From Cenarchaeum sp. (GTDB lineage Archaea; Thermoproteota; Nitrososphaeria; Nitrososphaerales; Nitrosopumilaceae), in assembly GCA_965242695.1 (NCBI GenBank), contig CBDESU010000002.1, positions 1,344,001 to 1,408,000 of the forward strand: DNA of 64,000 bases. The letters are read 5' to 3'. A model generated the notes under the pieces. That model made no database searches and was not told where the DNA came from. It was given only the letters and a program-made list of their open reading frames with translations. This document shows, piece by piece, positions 47,646 through 56,629 of this stretch. The stretch's first letter is position 1. Every line of letters begins with the position of its first letter. Made by a program: the position numbers and the translations under genes.

Positions 47646-48332
47646 ATGGCCGAGGTTACGGTGGTGCGCTACGCGCACGCCGGCGACAAGTTCGAGATAC
47701 TCGTAAGGCCCGACCCCGCCCTGGACTACCGGCTTGGCCGCAAAAGGGACATTGCGTCGGTCCTCGTCTCGGACGACGTCTACTCGGACTCGGGCAAGGG
47801 GACAAAGCCGCCGTCCGAGCGCCTGCTCAAGGCGTTCGGCACCGACGATGCGTCCGCCGTCGCAAAGGTCATACTGGAGGGCGGCGAGCTGAGCCTGACG
47901 ACCGACCAGCGCCGCCGCATGATCGAGGAAAAGCGCCGGCAGGTCGTCGAGCACATCGCAAAGACGTACGTCGACCCGCGCACGCACCTGCCGCACCCGC
48001 CCCTGCGCATCGAGCAGGCCATGAAGGAGGCGCGCGTGTCGATCGACCCCCAAAAGGGCGCCGGCGACCAGGTCAAGGACGTCGTGGAGCGGCTGCGGGG
48101 CGTGGTCCCCCTCAAGTCCGAGAACGTGGCACTTGACATTACCGTCCCCGCGCAGTTCGTGCCAAAGTCCTACTCGGTCCTAAAGTCGTCGGGCACGCTA
48201 AAGGGCGAGACCTGGGGGCAGGACGGATCCCTAAAAGCAATACTAGAAATACCGGCCGCGGCGCGCCCCCGCGTGATCGACAGGCTCGGCTCGGCCACAA
48301 AGGGCACCGCAACGGTAGAGGTAAGGCAGTGA
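47646..48332 (+). CDS. Ribosome maturation factor SBDS/SDO1
   Basis: KFEILV.PD, LTTDQRR, DPRTHLPHPPLRIE; first gene of the exosome cluster. Confidence 0.93.
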   Translation: MAEVTVVRYAHAGDKFEILVRPDPALDYRLGRKRDIASVLVSDDVYSDSGKGTKPPSERLLKAFGTDDASAVAKVILEGGELSLTTDQRRRMIEEKRRQVVEHIAKTYVDPRTHLPHPPLRIEQAMKEARVSIDPQKGAGDQVKDVVERLRGVVPLKSENVALDITVPAQFVPKSYSVLKSSGTLKGETWGQDGSLKAILEIPAAARPRVIDRLGSATKGTATVEVRQ

Positions 48333-49006
48333 TGGCTGGCATGAGGCGGCAGCAGGTCATGCCGGGAGACGTCATCACCTCGGGCTCCTACCGCCCCGAT
48401 GCGAACACCGTCACGATGGACGGCAGCATCGTCTCGACGGCCGTCGGCATGTCCGAGATATACGAGGATACCGTACGCGTCATACCCATGGCCGGCATGT
48501 ACTATCCGCTCGTCAACGACTTTGTCATCGCCATGATCACCTCGCACACGTCGCTCGCCTGGGAGGCCGAGATGAACTCGTGCTATGTTGGGTTCCTGCC
48601 CGCAAGCGACGTGTTTGGGCGCGACTTTGCCTCCCACGCCGACGCCCTCACGTCGCGCCTCAAGAAGGGCGACCTGATCGCGGCCCGCGTGGCCAACTTT
48701 GACCGCACGCGCGACCCGCTGCTCACGGTCGCCGACCGCGACCTCGGCAAGATCGACGCCGGCGAGCTGGTTCGGGTCACGCCTGGCAACGTCTCGCGGC
48801 TGATCGGCAAGCGCGGGTCGATGATCCAGGCCATCGAGACGGCCACCGACTCGGTCGTCACGATCGGCCAGAACGGGTGGGTCGTAATCTCGTGCGAGAG
48901 CCCCGATGGCTTATTAAAGGCAAAAAGGGCCGTGCAGGTGATTGAGGCGCAGTCTAACACGCCAAACCTCACGGAGCGCGTCAAGTCGCTCTTGGCGTCA
49001 GGGTGA
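48329..49006 (+). CDS. rrp4: Exosome RNA-binding protein Rrp4
   Basis: VMPGD, S1 and KH domains (RLIGKRGSMI, IGQNGWV). Confidence 0.93.
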   Translation: MMAGMRRQQVMPGDVITSGSYRPDANTVTMDGSIVSTAVGMSEIYEDTVRVIPMAGMYYPLVNDFVIAMITSHTSLAWEAEMNSCYVGFLPASDVFGRDFASHADALTSRLKKGDLIAARVANFDRTRDPLLTVADRDLGKIDAGELVRVTPGNVSRLIGKRGSMIQAIETATDSVVTIGQNGWVVISCESPDGLLKAKRAVQVIEAQSNTPNLTERVKSLLASG

Positions 49007-49009
49007 TGC

Positions 49010-49795
49010 ATGATGGGCGGGCGAGACACGGACGTCGTACTGCTCGACAAGGACGGGCTGAGGTGCGACGGGCGCAGGATCGACCAGACGCGGCGCGTGG
49101 AGATAAAGGCCGGCGTCCTCAAGAACGCCCACGGCTCGGCGTACATCGAGTTCGGCGACAACAAGATACTCGCCGGCGTGTTCGGGCCGCGCGACGTACA
49201 CCCAAAGCACCTCTCGGACACGGACACGGGCATCCTGCGCTGCCGCTACCACATGTCGCCGTTCTCCGTGTCCGACCGCAAGAACCCCGCCCCGTCGCGC
49301 CGCGAGATCGAGATATCAAAGGTCATCAAGGAGGCCCTAGAGCCGGCCCTCATGCTAGAGCAGTTTCCGCGCACCGTCGTCGACGTGTTCATGGAGATAC
49401 TCCAGGCCGACGGCGGGTCGCGCTGCGCTGCCCTCGCCGCCGCCTCGGTGGCGCTCGCCGACGCGGGCATCCCGATGAGGGACATGGTGAGCGCGTGCGC
49501 CGCCGGCAAGGTGGCCGACACGATAGTCCTCGACGTCAACAACGAAGAGGACCAGGCCGGCCAGGCGGACATGCCCGTGGGATACATGCCGAACCTGGAC
49601 AGGGTCACGCTCATACAGCTAGACGGCGTGCTCACGCCCGACGAGTACGGGCTGTGCATGAGGACTGCGATTGACGGGTGCAGGCAGGTGTACGAGGTGC
49701 AAAAGCGGGCGCTGGCCGACAAGTACTTTACGGGCGGCGAGGGCGGCGGCCGCGAGAGGACGGCATCGATGGGGGGGCGCGTAGTTGGTGCATAG
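49010..49795 (+). CDS. rrp41: Exosome exonuclease Rrp41
   Basis: RCDGR, GSAYIEFG, YHMSPFS, SRREIEISK, QADGGSR. Confidence 0.95.
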   Translation: MMGGRDTDVVLLDKDGLRCDGRRIDQTRRVEIKAGVLKNAHGSAYIEFGDNKILAGVFGPRDVHPKHLSDTDTGILRCRYHMSPFSVSDRKNPAPSRREIEISKVIKEALEPALMLEQFPRTVVDVFMEILQADGGSRCAALAAASVALADAGIPMRDMVSACAAGKVADTIVLDVNNEEDQAGQADMPVGYMPNLDRVTLIQLDGVLTPDEYGLCMRTAIDGCRQVYEVQKRALADKYFTGGEGGGRERTASMGGRVVGA

Positions 49796-50729
49796 GACCA
49801 TTATCGACGACCTGAAGCGGTCGCGAATATTCAAGCTCGCCGACGACGGGCGGCGCCAGGACGGGCGCGGCATGGACGAGCCGCGCCGGCTGCGCATCGA
49901 GACCGGGGTCGTCCCAAAGGCCGAGGGATCGGCGCGCGTCTTTTTGGGCGACACAGAGGTGGTCGCCGGCGTAAAGGTAAAGCCCGACCGCCCGTTCCCC
50001 GACGTCGGCGACAGGGGGATATTCATCTGCACGGCCGAGGTGCTGCCGCTTGCGCACCAGGACGTCGAGACGGGGCCCCCGCAGCCGCCGGTGATTGAGC
50101 TTGCAAGGGTCGTCGACCGCGGCATCCGCGAGAGCGGCATGGTCGACCTCAAGCAGCTCGTGCTCGCGCCGAACAAGTCTGTCATCGGCGTGTTCGTCGA
50201 CAACAGCGTGATCGACGTCGACGGCAACCTGTTCGACGCGTGCTCGTACGCGTCGACCGCGGCCCTGCTGACGGCGCGCATACCAAAGTGGGAGTACCGC
50301 GACGATGCGCCGGCGCGCGTGGAGGGGCAGACCATGCCGGCTCCGATAACGACGGTGCCCGTCTCGGTGACGATGGCAAAGGTCCACGGCCAGATCATGG
50401 TCGACCCCACGCAGGACGAGTGGACCGCGATGGAGGCGCGCGTGACGATCACGACAAACTCGGACGGCAACATCTGCGCGCTGCAAAAGGGCGGGCCGTC
50501 TGGCTTTACGTACGACGAGCTGGAGCGGTGCGGCCGCCTGTCGGTGTCGATCGGCGCGCGCGTGCGCGAGACGATCAAGAAGGCGGCCCCTCCGCCGGCG
50601 GACGGCGGCGAAGGCGGCGGGTGCTGCGGCGGCCACGGCGGGGAGGACAGCTGCGGCGGCAGCGGCGGCCAGGGGCAGCCGCAGCCGCAGCCGTACATCC
50701 AGCCCGGGCCCTACGGCAGCGGCCCCTAG
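49785..50729 (+). CDS. rrp42: Exosome subunit Rrp42 with Gly/Cys/His tail
   Basis: RQDGR, AEGSARV, ELARVVDRGIRES, DGNLFDA, LQKGG. Confidence 0.95.
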   Translation: MVHRTIIDDLKRSRIFKLADDGRRQDGRGMDEPRRLRIETGVVPKAEGSARVFLGDTEVVAGVKVKPDRPFPDVGDRGIFICTAEVLPLAHQDVETGPPQPPVIELARVVDRGIRESGMVDLKQLVLAPNKSVIGVFVDNSVIDVDGNLFDACSYASTAALLTARIPKWEYRDDAPARVEGQTMPAPITTVPVSVTMAKVHGQIMVDPTQDEWTAMEARVTITTNSDGNICALQKGGPSGFTYDELERCGRLSVSIGARVRETIKKAAPPPADGGEGGGCCGGHGGEDSCGGSGGQGQPQPQPYIQPGPYGSGP

Positions 50730-50750
50730 CACGGCGGGGGTGGGGGCGGC

Positions 50751-50960
50751 ACGGCGCGCAAAAAGTCGCTAAAGGGGCTCGGCGCCAGGTACGGCATCAA
50801 GATACGCAAGGAGTACACAAAGGTGCACCTGGGCCTAAAGGCCAAGAGGCAGTGCCCCGAGTGCGGCTCTGGGCGGTTTGGGCGCCTGGCCGTCGGCATC
50901 TGGCACTGCACAAAGTGCGGCTACAAGGTCGCCGGCACGGCGTATGACGTCAAGGTATAG
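50751..50960 (+). CDS. rpl37ae: 50S ribosomal protein L37ae (eL43); ACG start, missed by the ORF track
   Basis: Hand translation (T)ARKKSLKGLGARYGIKIRKEYTKVHLGLKAKRQCPECGSGRFGRLAVGIWHCTKCGYKVAGTAYDVKV; C4 zinc ribbon; expected position after rrp42. Confidence 0.93.
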   Translation, partial: TARKKSLKGLGARYGIKIRKEYTKVHLGLKAKRQCPECGSGRFGRLAVGIWHCTKCGYKVAGTAYDVKV

Positions 50961-51354
50961 CGCCCGCATCGGCGTTGCCGCGGGCGACAGGGCCGCGGCC
51001 GTCCTTGCCGCCGTCGAGGCCGACGCGCAGTTCCACCCGGACTCGGGCCAGGAGGCGGCCGTCCGCGTGCTGGCAGGCAGGGCCGCCGGCGCCGCCGCCG
51101 CCGGAGCCGATGCGCGGCCGGCCGGCGCCGGGGACATCCGCATAGGCATAGACGCCGACCAGCTGCCGCACCTGCGGGCCGGGGTCAGCTCTACCCTGCG
51201 CCTTGTCCAGGCAGCGTACGAGTCGATCGGGGCGGTCGCGGCCGCACCGGCGGCTGCGGCGCCCGGGAAAGGGGGGCCGCCGGCCGCCCGACACGGCCGC
51301 CCGCGGGCGGCGGGTCGGGGCCAGGGCGCGGCGGCCGCGGGCGGCCGGCGGTAG
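50944..51354 (+). CDS. pcc1: KEOPS subunit Pcc1-like protein
   Basis: IRIGIDA.QLPHLRAGVSSTLRLVQAA; located between rpl37ae and pfdB. Confidence 0.75.
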   Translation: MTSRYSARIGVAAGDRAAAVLAAVEADAQFHPDSGQEAAVRVLAGRAAGAAAAGADARPAGAGDIRIGIDADQLPHLRAGVSSTLRLVQAAYESIGAVAAAPAAAAPGKGGPPAARHGRPRAAGRGQGAAAAGGRR

Positions 51355-51384
51355 AGATATATGAAAACGGCCGCGAGCCGCGGC

Positions 51385-51804
51385 GTGTCGAGCCCACAGC
51401 AGGTGCCCCCGTGGCTGCAGGAGCACATCCAGCAGTACCAGCAGGCGCAGCAGAACCTCCAGGTGATCCTGATGCAAAAGCAGCAGCTCGACATCGAGCG
51501 CGTCGAGTCTGACAAGGCGCTCGACGAGCTGAAGGCGGCCGACGACGAGCGGCCCGTCTACAAGCACGCCGGGACGATACTGATACGCTCGACCAAGTCT
51601 GCGCTGCTCGACGAGATCGAGGAGCGCAAGACGCTCGCCGCCACGCGCGCGCAGGTCCTCGCAAAGCAGGAGGCGCGCCTAAAGGCGATCATGAAGGAAA
51701 AGGAGGCGCAGATCCAGTCGATGATCCAGGGGGGCGGCGCGGGGGCCGCCCAGCCGGCGCCGGGCGGCGCAGGGGGCGTGGCGCCTCCGCCTCCGCCCGG
51801 CTAG
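51385..51804 (+). CDS. pfdB: Prefoldin subunit beta
   Basis: Coiled coils around VYKHAGTILI; GTG 51385 is ~23 nt after ATATAT. Confidence 0.9.
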   Translation: MSSPQQVPPWLQEHIQQYQQAQQNLQVILMQKQQLDIERVESDKALDELKAADDERPVYKHAGTILIRSTKSALLDEIEERKTLAATRAQVLAKQEARLKAIMKEKEAQIQSMIQGGGAGAAQPAPGGAGGVAPPPPPG

Positions 51805-51927
51805 CCTGCCGCCTCGGGCCCGTGGTAGCCGGGAGGGGCAGGAGGCCTCAAGGGCCTCGGCCCGCCCGCCTACTCCGCCTCCCTCCTCCCGCGCACAGAT
51901 ATTATGCGAGCCGCCTGCCGGGCGGCC

Positions 51928-52683
51928 GTGAAGCTGCCCGACCTGAGGATCGTCGCAGACGAGCGGGAGCGCAAGTGCGGCATACCTGCGCTCCTGCGGG
52001 AGGCCGGCCTGGGCCTAGAGGTCCGCACGCTCCCGGTCGGCGACTACATCGTCGGCCCCGAGACGATCGTCGAGCGCAAGAGCGTCCACGACCTGGTCTC
52101 GTCTGTGTTCGACGGCAGGCTGTTCGACCAGTGCGCCCGCCTGCGCGACAACTTTGCGCTGCCGCTCATCGCAGTCGAGGGCAACCCCGACGAGGTCGAG
52201 GCCGTCGCCGAGAACCCGCTCGTCTTTTACGGCGCCGTCTCGCGCGTGGCCATCGACTACAGGATACCGATCGTGCCCACGCCGAGCGCCTCGCACACGG
52301 CGCGCCTGCTCGTGGCGCTTGCCGCAAGGTGCGCCGAGGCGCTCGCGGCCGCAGGGGCCGCTGCCGGCGGCGGCGGCGCCGGGGACGGCGCCCCTCCGCC
52401 GATCCCGCCGGGCCCGTACGTCAAGAAGATCAAAAAGCACGACGACACGGAGCGGCAGCAGCTGTCGGCGCTTGCTAGCCTGCCTGGAATCGGCGAAAAG
52501 CTTGCGGTCCGGCTCCTCGGCCGGTTCGGCACGCCCATTGCCGTGTTCAACGCCCCGCTCGCCGACCTTGCAAAGATCGACGGGCTCGGGGCCGCAAGGG
52601 CGGGGAGAATACGCGGCATGCTAGAGTCGACCAGCCGCCACCACAGCGCGGACGGGAGCCAGAGGACGCTGCACGACGGATAG
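51928..52683 (+). CDS. xpf: ERCC4/XPF structure-specific nuclease with HhH2 domain
   Basis: VADERE, LPVGDY, ERKS..DL, LPGIG, IDGLG. Confidence 0.9.
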   Translation: MKLPDLRIVADERERKCGIPALLREAGLGLEVRTLPVGDYIVGPETIVERKSVHDLVSSVFDGRLFDQCARLRDNFALPLIAVEGNPDEVEAVAENPLVFYGAVSRVAIDYRIPIVPTPSASHTARLLVALAARCAEALAAAGAAAGGGGAGDGAPPPIPPGPYVKKIKKHDDTERQQLSALASLPGIGEKLAVRLLGRFGTPIAVFNAPLADLAKIDGLGAARAGRIRGMLESTSRHHSADGSQRTLHDG

Positions 52684-52690
52684 CCGGACG

Positions 52691-53200
52691 CTAGGCGCGC
52701 TTCCGCCCCCTACTGCCCCCCGCCGGCACGAGCCTCCTTCCGAGGCGGCCCCCGCACAGCGGGCATGCCTCCGCGCCGGCCGCGGCCGGCCTGCCGCACC
52801 GCGCGCACCACGGCACCCACCTCCCAGACCTCCTTATGCCTGCCGTCATGACGGGCCTTGCGCGCACGCCCATGAGGGCCGCCGCGTTGGACACCGCATA
52901 GTCGTCGGTGATGATGTCGGCGCCGAGCTCGGCGGCAAGGGCGAGCACCGACACGTCCTGGGCCGAGAGCGACCCGAGGTCGCCGCTCTCGGCGGCCGAC
53001 CTCCTTGCCCGCGCGACGCCCTCGGCCGACGCCTCGGCGACGACGAGGCGGCCGGCCTCGATCAGGCCCTCGATGGTGCCGAACCTTCCCTTTATGTGCG
53101 AGACCTCGGCGAGCACGGCCGGCGTCGTCCTGTACGCCTCGGGCGATGCGAACGGCACGCCGGCGTAGAACGCGCTCGCGTCGAGCACGCTAGAAGCCAA
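52691..53200 (-). CDS. nob1: Nob1-family PIN endonuclease with Zn ribbon
   Basis: VLDASAF, DLGSLS.QD, TDDYAVSN, CARC...CPLCG. Confidence 0.9.
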   Translation of the reverse strand: MASSVLDASAFYAGVPFASPEAYRTTPAVLAEVSHIKGRFGTIEGLIEAGRLVVAEASAEGVARARRSAAESGDLGSLSAQDVSVLALAAELGADIITDDYAVSNAAALMGVRARPVMTAGIRRSGRWVPWCARCGRPAAAGAEACPLCGGRLGRRLVPAGGSRGRKRA

Positions 53201-54005
53201 GCTTGCTCATCTGCCTCAGGCCCCTCTTCTTGAGCCTGACGAACACGGCCTGCCTGGGGTACTTTTTGATCGTTATCGCCTCGCCGTACCCCGCCGACTT
53301 TATCACCTGCGCGTCCATTACGACGCTGCAGTCGTGCGAGCATACGACCTGGATCTTTTCGTCCGGCACCACGATCGACTCGAGCCTGTACACCGGCGCG
53401 ACCGGCGTTATTATCAGCACGTCGAGGCTCTCGTGGAGTATGGGCCCCCCCAGCGAGAACGAGTGGCCCGTCGAGCCGCTCGGAGTGGCCACGATGACGC
53501 CGTCCATCTTTTGGCGGACCGTGTCGTCCTGGAACCTGATGTCGATCTCGGCCGTCTTCGTCAGGTTGGACCTCTGTATGAGTATCTCGTTGAGGGCCGG
53601 CGGGAACCTCTCGCGCCCGCGCGAGGCCGACACCCTGGTGCGCCGCTCGAGTATGATCTTGCCGGCCCGTATCTGCGAGATCGCCTCGTCGATCCCCCCG
53701 ATCGTAATCTCGGAGAGTATGCCGCGGTTGCCGCCGACGTTTATCGTGAGGACCGGCGTCTCGTCGTCGAGCTCGCGGAACGTGCGGAGCGTCGTCCCGT
53801 CGCCGCCCAGGGTGACCACGAGGTCGGGCCTTGCCGCCTTGAGGTCGGATATGGTCTCGGCCGCCTCGGCGCCCGGCACGGACGCCGGCGAGACCGCATG
53901 CACGGCGCACTTTGCGGCGAGCAGCTTCTTTGCGACCTTGCGCGCCGCATCCTCGGCCGCCCTCGATCCGATCTTCGAGACGATGGCGACCCTGCGAAGC
54001 CTCAA
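53190..54005 (-). CDS. nadK: NAD(+) kinase
   Basis: LGGDGT, ALNE, DGVIVATPSGSTGHSFSLGGP; TTG 54005 follows TTTTTAAG. Confidence 0.92.
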   Translation of the reverse strand: MRLRRVAIVSKIGSRAAEDAARKVAKKLLAAKCAVHAVSPASVPGAEAAETISDLKAARPDLVVTLGGDGTTLRTFRELDDETPVLTINVGGNRGILSEITIGGIDEAISQIRAGKIILERRTRVSASRGRERFPPALNEILIQRSNLTKTAEIDIRFQDDTVRQKMDGVIVATPSGSTGHSFSLGGPILHESLDVLIITPVAPVYRLESIVVPDEKIQVVCSHDCSVVMDAQVIKSAGYGEAITIKKYPRQAVFVRLKKRGLRQMSKLGF

Positions 54006-54432
54006 CGGCCGACAGCCCTGCCCCGATCTTAAAAAGCGTGGCGGGCGGGGCGCCCGGCACGGCGGCGATCGCCGCCCCGCACTGCATCCGCGCCTTGCGG
54101 GCGGGGCCGGCCCGCGGCGTGCCGGGCCGACTCGTGAGCCGCGGCGGGGCATCGGCGTGGCGCGCGCGATATCCGAGCCGGGGATGCGGGGATGAGGGCG
54201 GCGCCGCGGCGCGGCCGCACGTGGCGCCCGCCTCTGCGGAGGCGGCCCGCCGAGCCGCCGCGCAGCGCCGCGCCGCCGGCCGCCGCCCCGCGCGACGGGG
54301 CCGCGGGGTGCGCCCGCGCCGCCTGTCATGTGGCAGTCCCGCCGCGCCCGCTGCTGCCTGCGGCCGACGGGCGGCCAGGCCTCGATTGGCCCGGCTAGGC
54401 AGTCTTTTATTGGTGCGGTTTCGACTCCGCGC

Positions 54433-54960
54433 GTGGGAGGGCAGGACGACGGCGCGGCCAAGGCGGGCGGGCTGGGCCGGCGCGACTTCCTAAAGCTCGT
54501 GGGCGCGGCCGGCGCGGGACTGGCGATCGGCTCGCTCGTGCCGTGGAACGGCCTTGCGCGGGGCGGCGGCGGGGCGCAGGGAGGCGCTGCCGGGAGCGGG
54601 TTTGCCACGTCGATATGCTGCATCGACGGGCGGGTGCAGGCGCCGCTTGCCGAGTGGACAAGGGCGAGGTCGGGAGCCGGCCATGTCGATACGGTGACAG
54701 AGCCTGGAGTGGACAAGTTTCTCTCGGAGGATCCTGCAATAGCCGAGGTCGTTAGACAAAAGGCCAGCATCTCGGTGGATGCGCACGGTTCGCGGCTGAT
54801 CGTCATCTCTGGCCACTATGACTGCGCGGCCAACCCGGTGCCGGACGACGTCCACATGCGGCAGACGGCCGAGTGCGTCAGGATCGCCAAGTCGTGGAAT
54901 ACCGGCGCAGAGGTCGTCGGCGTCTGGGTCGACGCCGACTGGAAGGTATCGCCCATCTAG
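54433..54960 (+). CDS. Beta-class-like carbonic anhydrase with twin-arginine signal peptide
   Basis: GRRDFLK plus hydrophobic stretch; CIDGR and H..C (GHYDC) zinc ligands. Confidence 0.78.
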   Translation: MGGQDDGAAKAGGLGRRDFLKLVGAAGAGLAIGSLVPWNGLARGGGGAQGGAAGSGFATSICCIDGRVQAPLAEWTRARSGAGHVDTVTEPGVDKFLSEDPAIAEVVRQKASISVDAHGSRLIVISGHYDCAANPVPDDVHMRQTAECVRIAKSWNTGAEVVGVWVDADWKVSPI

Positions 54961-55211
54961 GGGGGCCGGCGCCGCCGGCGAGGCCCGTACGCCGCTGCCG
55001 GGCCACCCGGCGCGCGGCGGCCGGGCCTGGAGGCGCGCCGCCCGGAGCCTCCATACGGAATGGCAGCATGCCGGATGACTGGACGGCCTGCGCATGGCAT
55101 GCCCGCGCCAGGCGGCCGCGCACCGCCCGCCCGCGCCGCGATCGGGGCGATCCGGCGCCGCGCTGCGCGCAGCGCAAAACCGTTAAGTAGCGCCCCGCGC
55201 CGCCCCCCGGC

Positions 55212-56075
55212 ATGGGCGGGTACGCGCACCCCGAGGTCCTCGTAGAGACGGACTGGGTGGCGGCCAACCCGCCGTCGTCGTCGCCCGGCAGCGAGCGCCG
55301 CCTCGTAGAGGTCGACTACGACCCAGAGAACGCCTACCGCAGGGGCCACATCGAGGGGGCGACGCTCGTGTGGTGGAGGCGCGACATCAACGACCCCGTC
55401 ACGCGCGACATCGTGGACAGGGCGCAGTTTGAGAGGCTCATGTCGAGGAACGGCATAGGGCCCGACACCGAGGTCGTCCTGTACGGCGACTTCAACAACT
55501 GGTTTGCCGCGTTTGCGTTCTGGGTCTTCAAGTACTATGGACACCGCAACGTGCGCATCATGAACGGAGGCCGCAAAAAGTGGGAGATCGAGGGGCGCCC
55601 CTACACGACAGACGAGCCGCAGGTGCGGCCCTCCGAGTACGCCGCGCCCCCTCCGGACGAGGGCCTCAGGGCGTACCTGCCGGACGTGCGCAGGGCCCTC
55701 GGCAGGGACGGCAGCGCGCTAGTCGACGTGCGCTCGCCCAAGGAGTTTTCCGGCGAGATTACCGCGCCCCCCGAGTACCCGACCGAGAACGCGCAGCGCG
55801 GGGGGCACATACCCGGCGCGAGCAGCATTCCGTGGGCGACTGCCGTCAACGACGCCGACGGCACGTTCAAGAGCGCCGACGAGCTGCGCGCCAACTACGA
55901 GCCAAAGGGCGTGACGGCAGACAAGGACGTCGTGTGCTACTGCCGCATCGGCGAGCGCTCGTCGCACTCTTGGTTCGTCCTAAAGTACCTCCTCGGCTAC
56001 CCGCAGGTGCGCAACTACGACGGGTCGTGGACCGAGTGGGGCAACATGATCGGCAACCCGGTAGAGCGGGCGTGA
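55212..56075 (+). CDS. Tandem-domain rhodanese/sulfurtransferase
   Basis: GHIEGA, DVRSPKEFSG, GHIPGA, YCRIGERS, NYDGSWTEWG. Confidence 0.94.
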   Translation: MGGYAHPEVLVETDWVAANPPSSSPGSERRLVEVDYDPENAYRRGHIEGATLVWWRRDINDPVTRDIVDRAQFERLMSRNGIGPDTEVVLYGDFNNWFAAFAFWVFKYYGHRNVRIMNGGRKKWEIEGRPYTTDEPQVRPSEYAAPPPDEGLRAYLPDVRRALGRDGSALVDVRSPKEFSGEITAPPEYPTENAQRGGHIPGASSIPWATAVNDADGTFKSADELRANYEPKGVTADKDVVCYCRIGERSSHSWFVLKYLLGYPQVRNYDGSWTEWGNMIGNPVERA

Positions 56076-56422
56076 GCGGCAAAGACGGAGGGGGCGCGGC
56101 GGCCGCAGAGCCGCCCGTCCTTGAAAAGGGGGCGTTCTTTCGCATCCTTGACGGCGGCGGCTCGTACGTGCTAGCCGACATGACAAAGCGCGGCCTGGAG
56201 GCGCGCTCGCGGTCGGTCGACGAGGATGCCGGCGTAGAGGCCGACAAGGGCGTCATACACGACATGGACGGCATCGGGCACGAGGTCCCGATACGGTGGT
56301 TCTTCCCGAAGGATCGGCACGGCCTCGGGGACGTGCTCGAGCGGGCGCGGAGGCTGGAGGCAAAGTACGCAAGGCTTCGCGAGCTTACGTGCCCCGACGG
56401 CGGCGGCAGCGACGGCGGGTAG
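56072..56422 (+). CDS. Hypothetical protein coupled to the rhodanese gene
   Basis: GTGA overlap; globular composition ending in LRELTCP. Confidence 0.7.
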   Translation: MSGKDGGGAAAAEPPVLEKGAFFRILDGGGSYVLADMTKRGLEARSRSVDEDAGVEADKGVIHDMDGIGHEVPIRWFFPKDRHGLGDVLERARRLEAKYARLRELTCPDGGGSDGG

Positions 56423-56515
56423 GGGGCGGCGCTCCCTCACCCTGCCCGTCGCCGTGCGCGCGCTGCCGCGCCTCGTCCTCAAAAGCTTAATTATCGAACG
56501 GCGCGGCGCGCGCCC

Positions 56516-56590
56516 GGACCCGTGGCACAGTTTGGATAGTGCGGGCGGTTCCGGACCGCCAGGTCGGGGGATCGAAGCCCCCCGGGCCCT
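56516..56590 (+). tRNA. tRNA-Arg(CCG)
   Basis: D-arm GCAC/GTGC; anticodon stem GGCGG/CCGCC with loop TTCCGGA; T-arm GGGGG-ATCGAAG-CCCCC; AAAAGCTTAATTAT promoter at 56481-56494. Confidence 0.93.
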
Positions 56591-56629
56591 TGACAATGCG
56601 CCGGCCGGCCCTTGTTGCCGCCCCCTCCC

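Noticed and set aside
50727-50750. TAG read-through fusing Rrp42 to L37ae
   Set aside because: In frame, but TAG is an ordinary stop for many genes here, and the SD-like motif before ACG is a simpler explanation.
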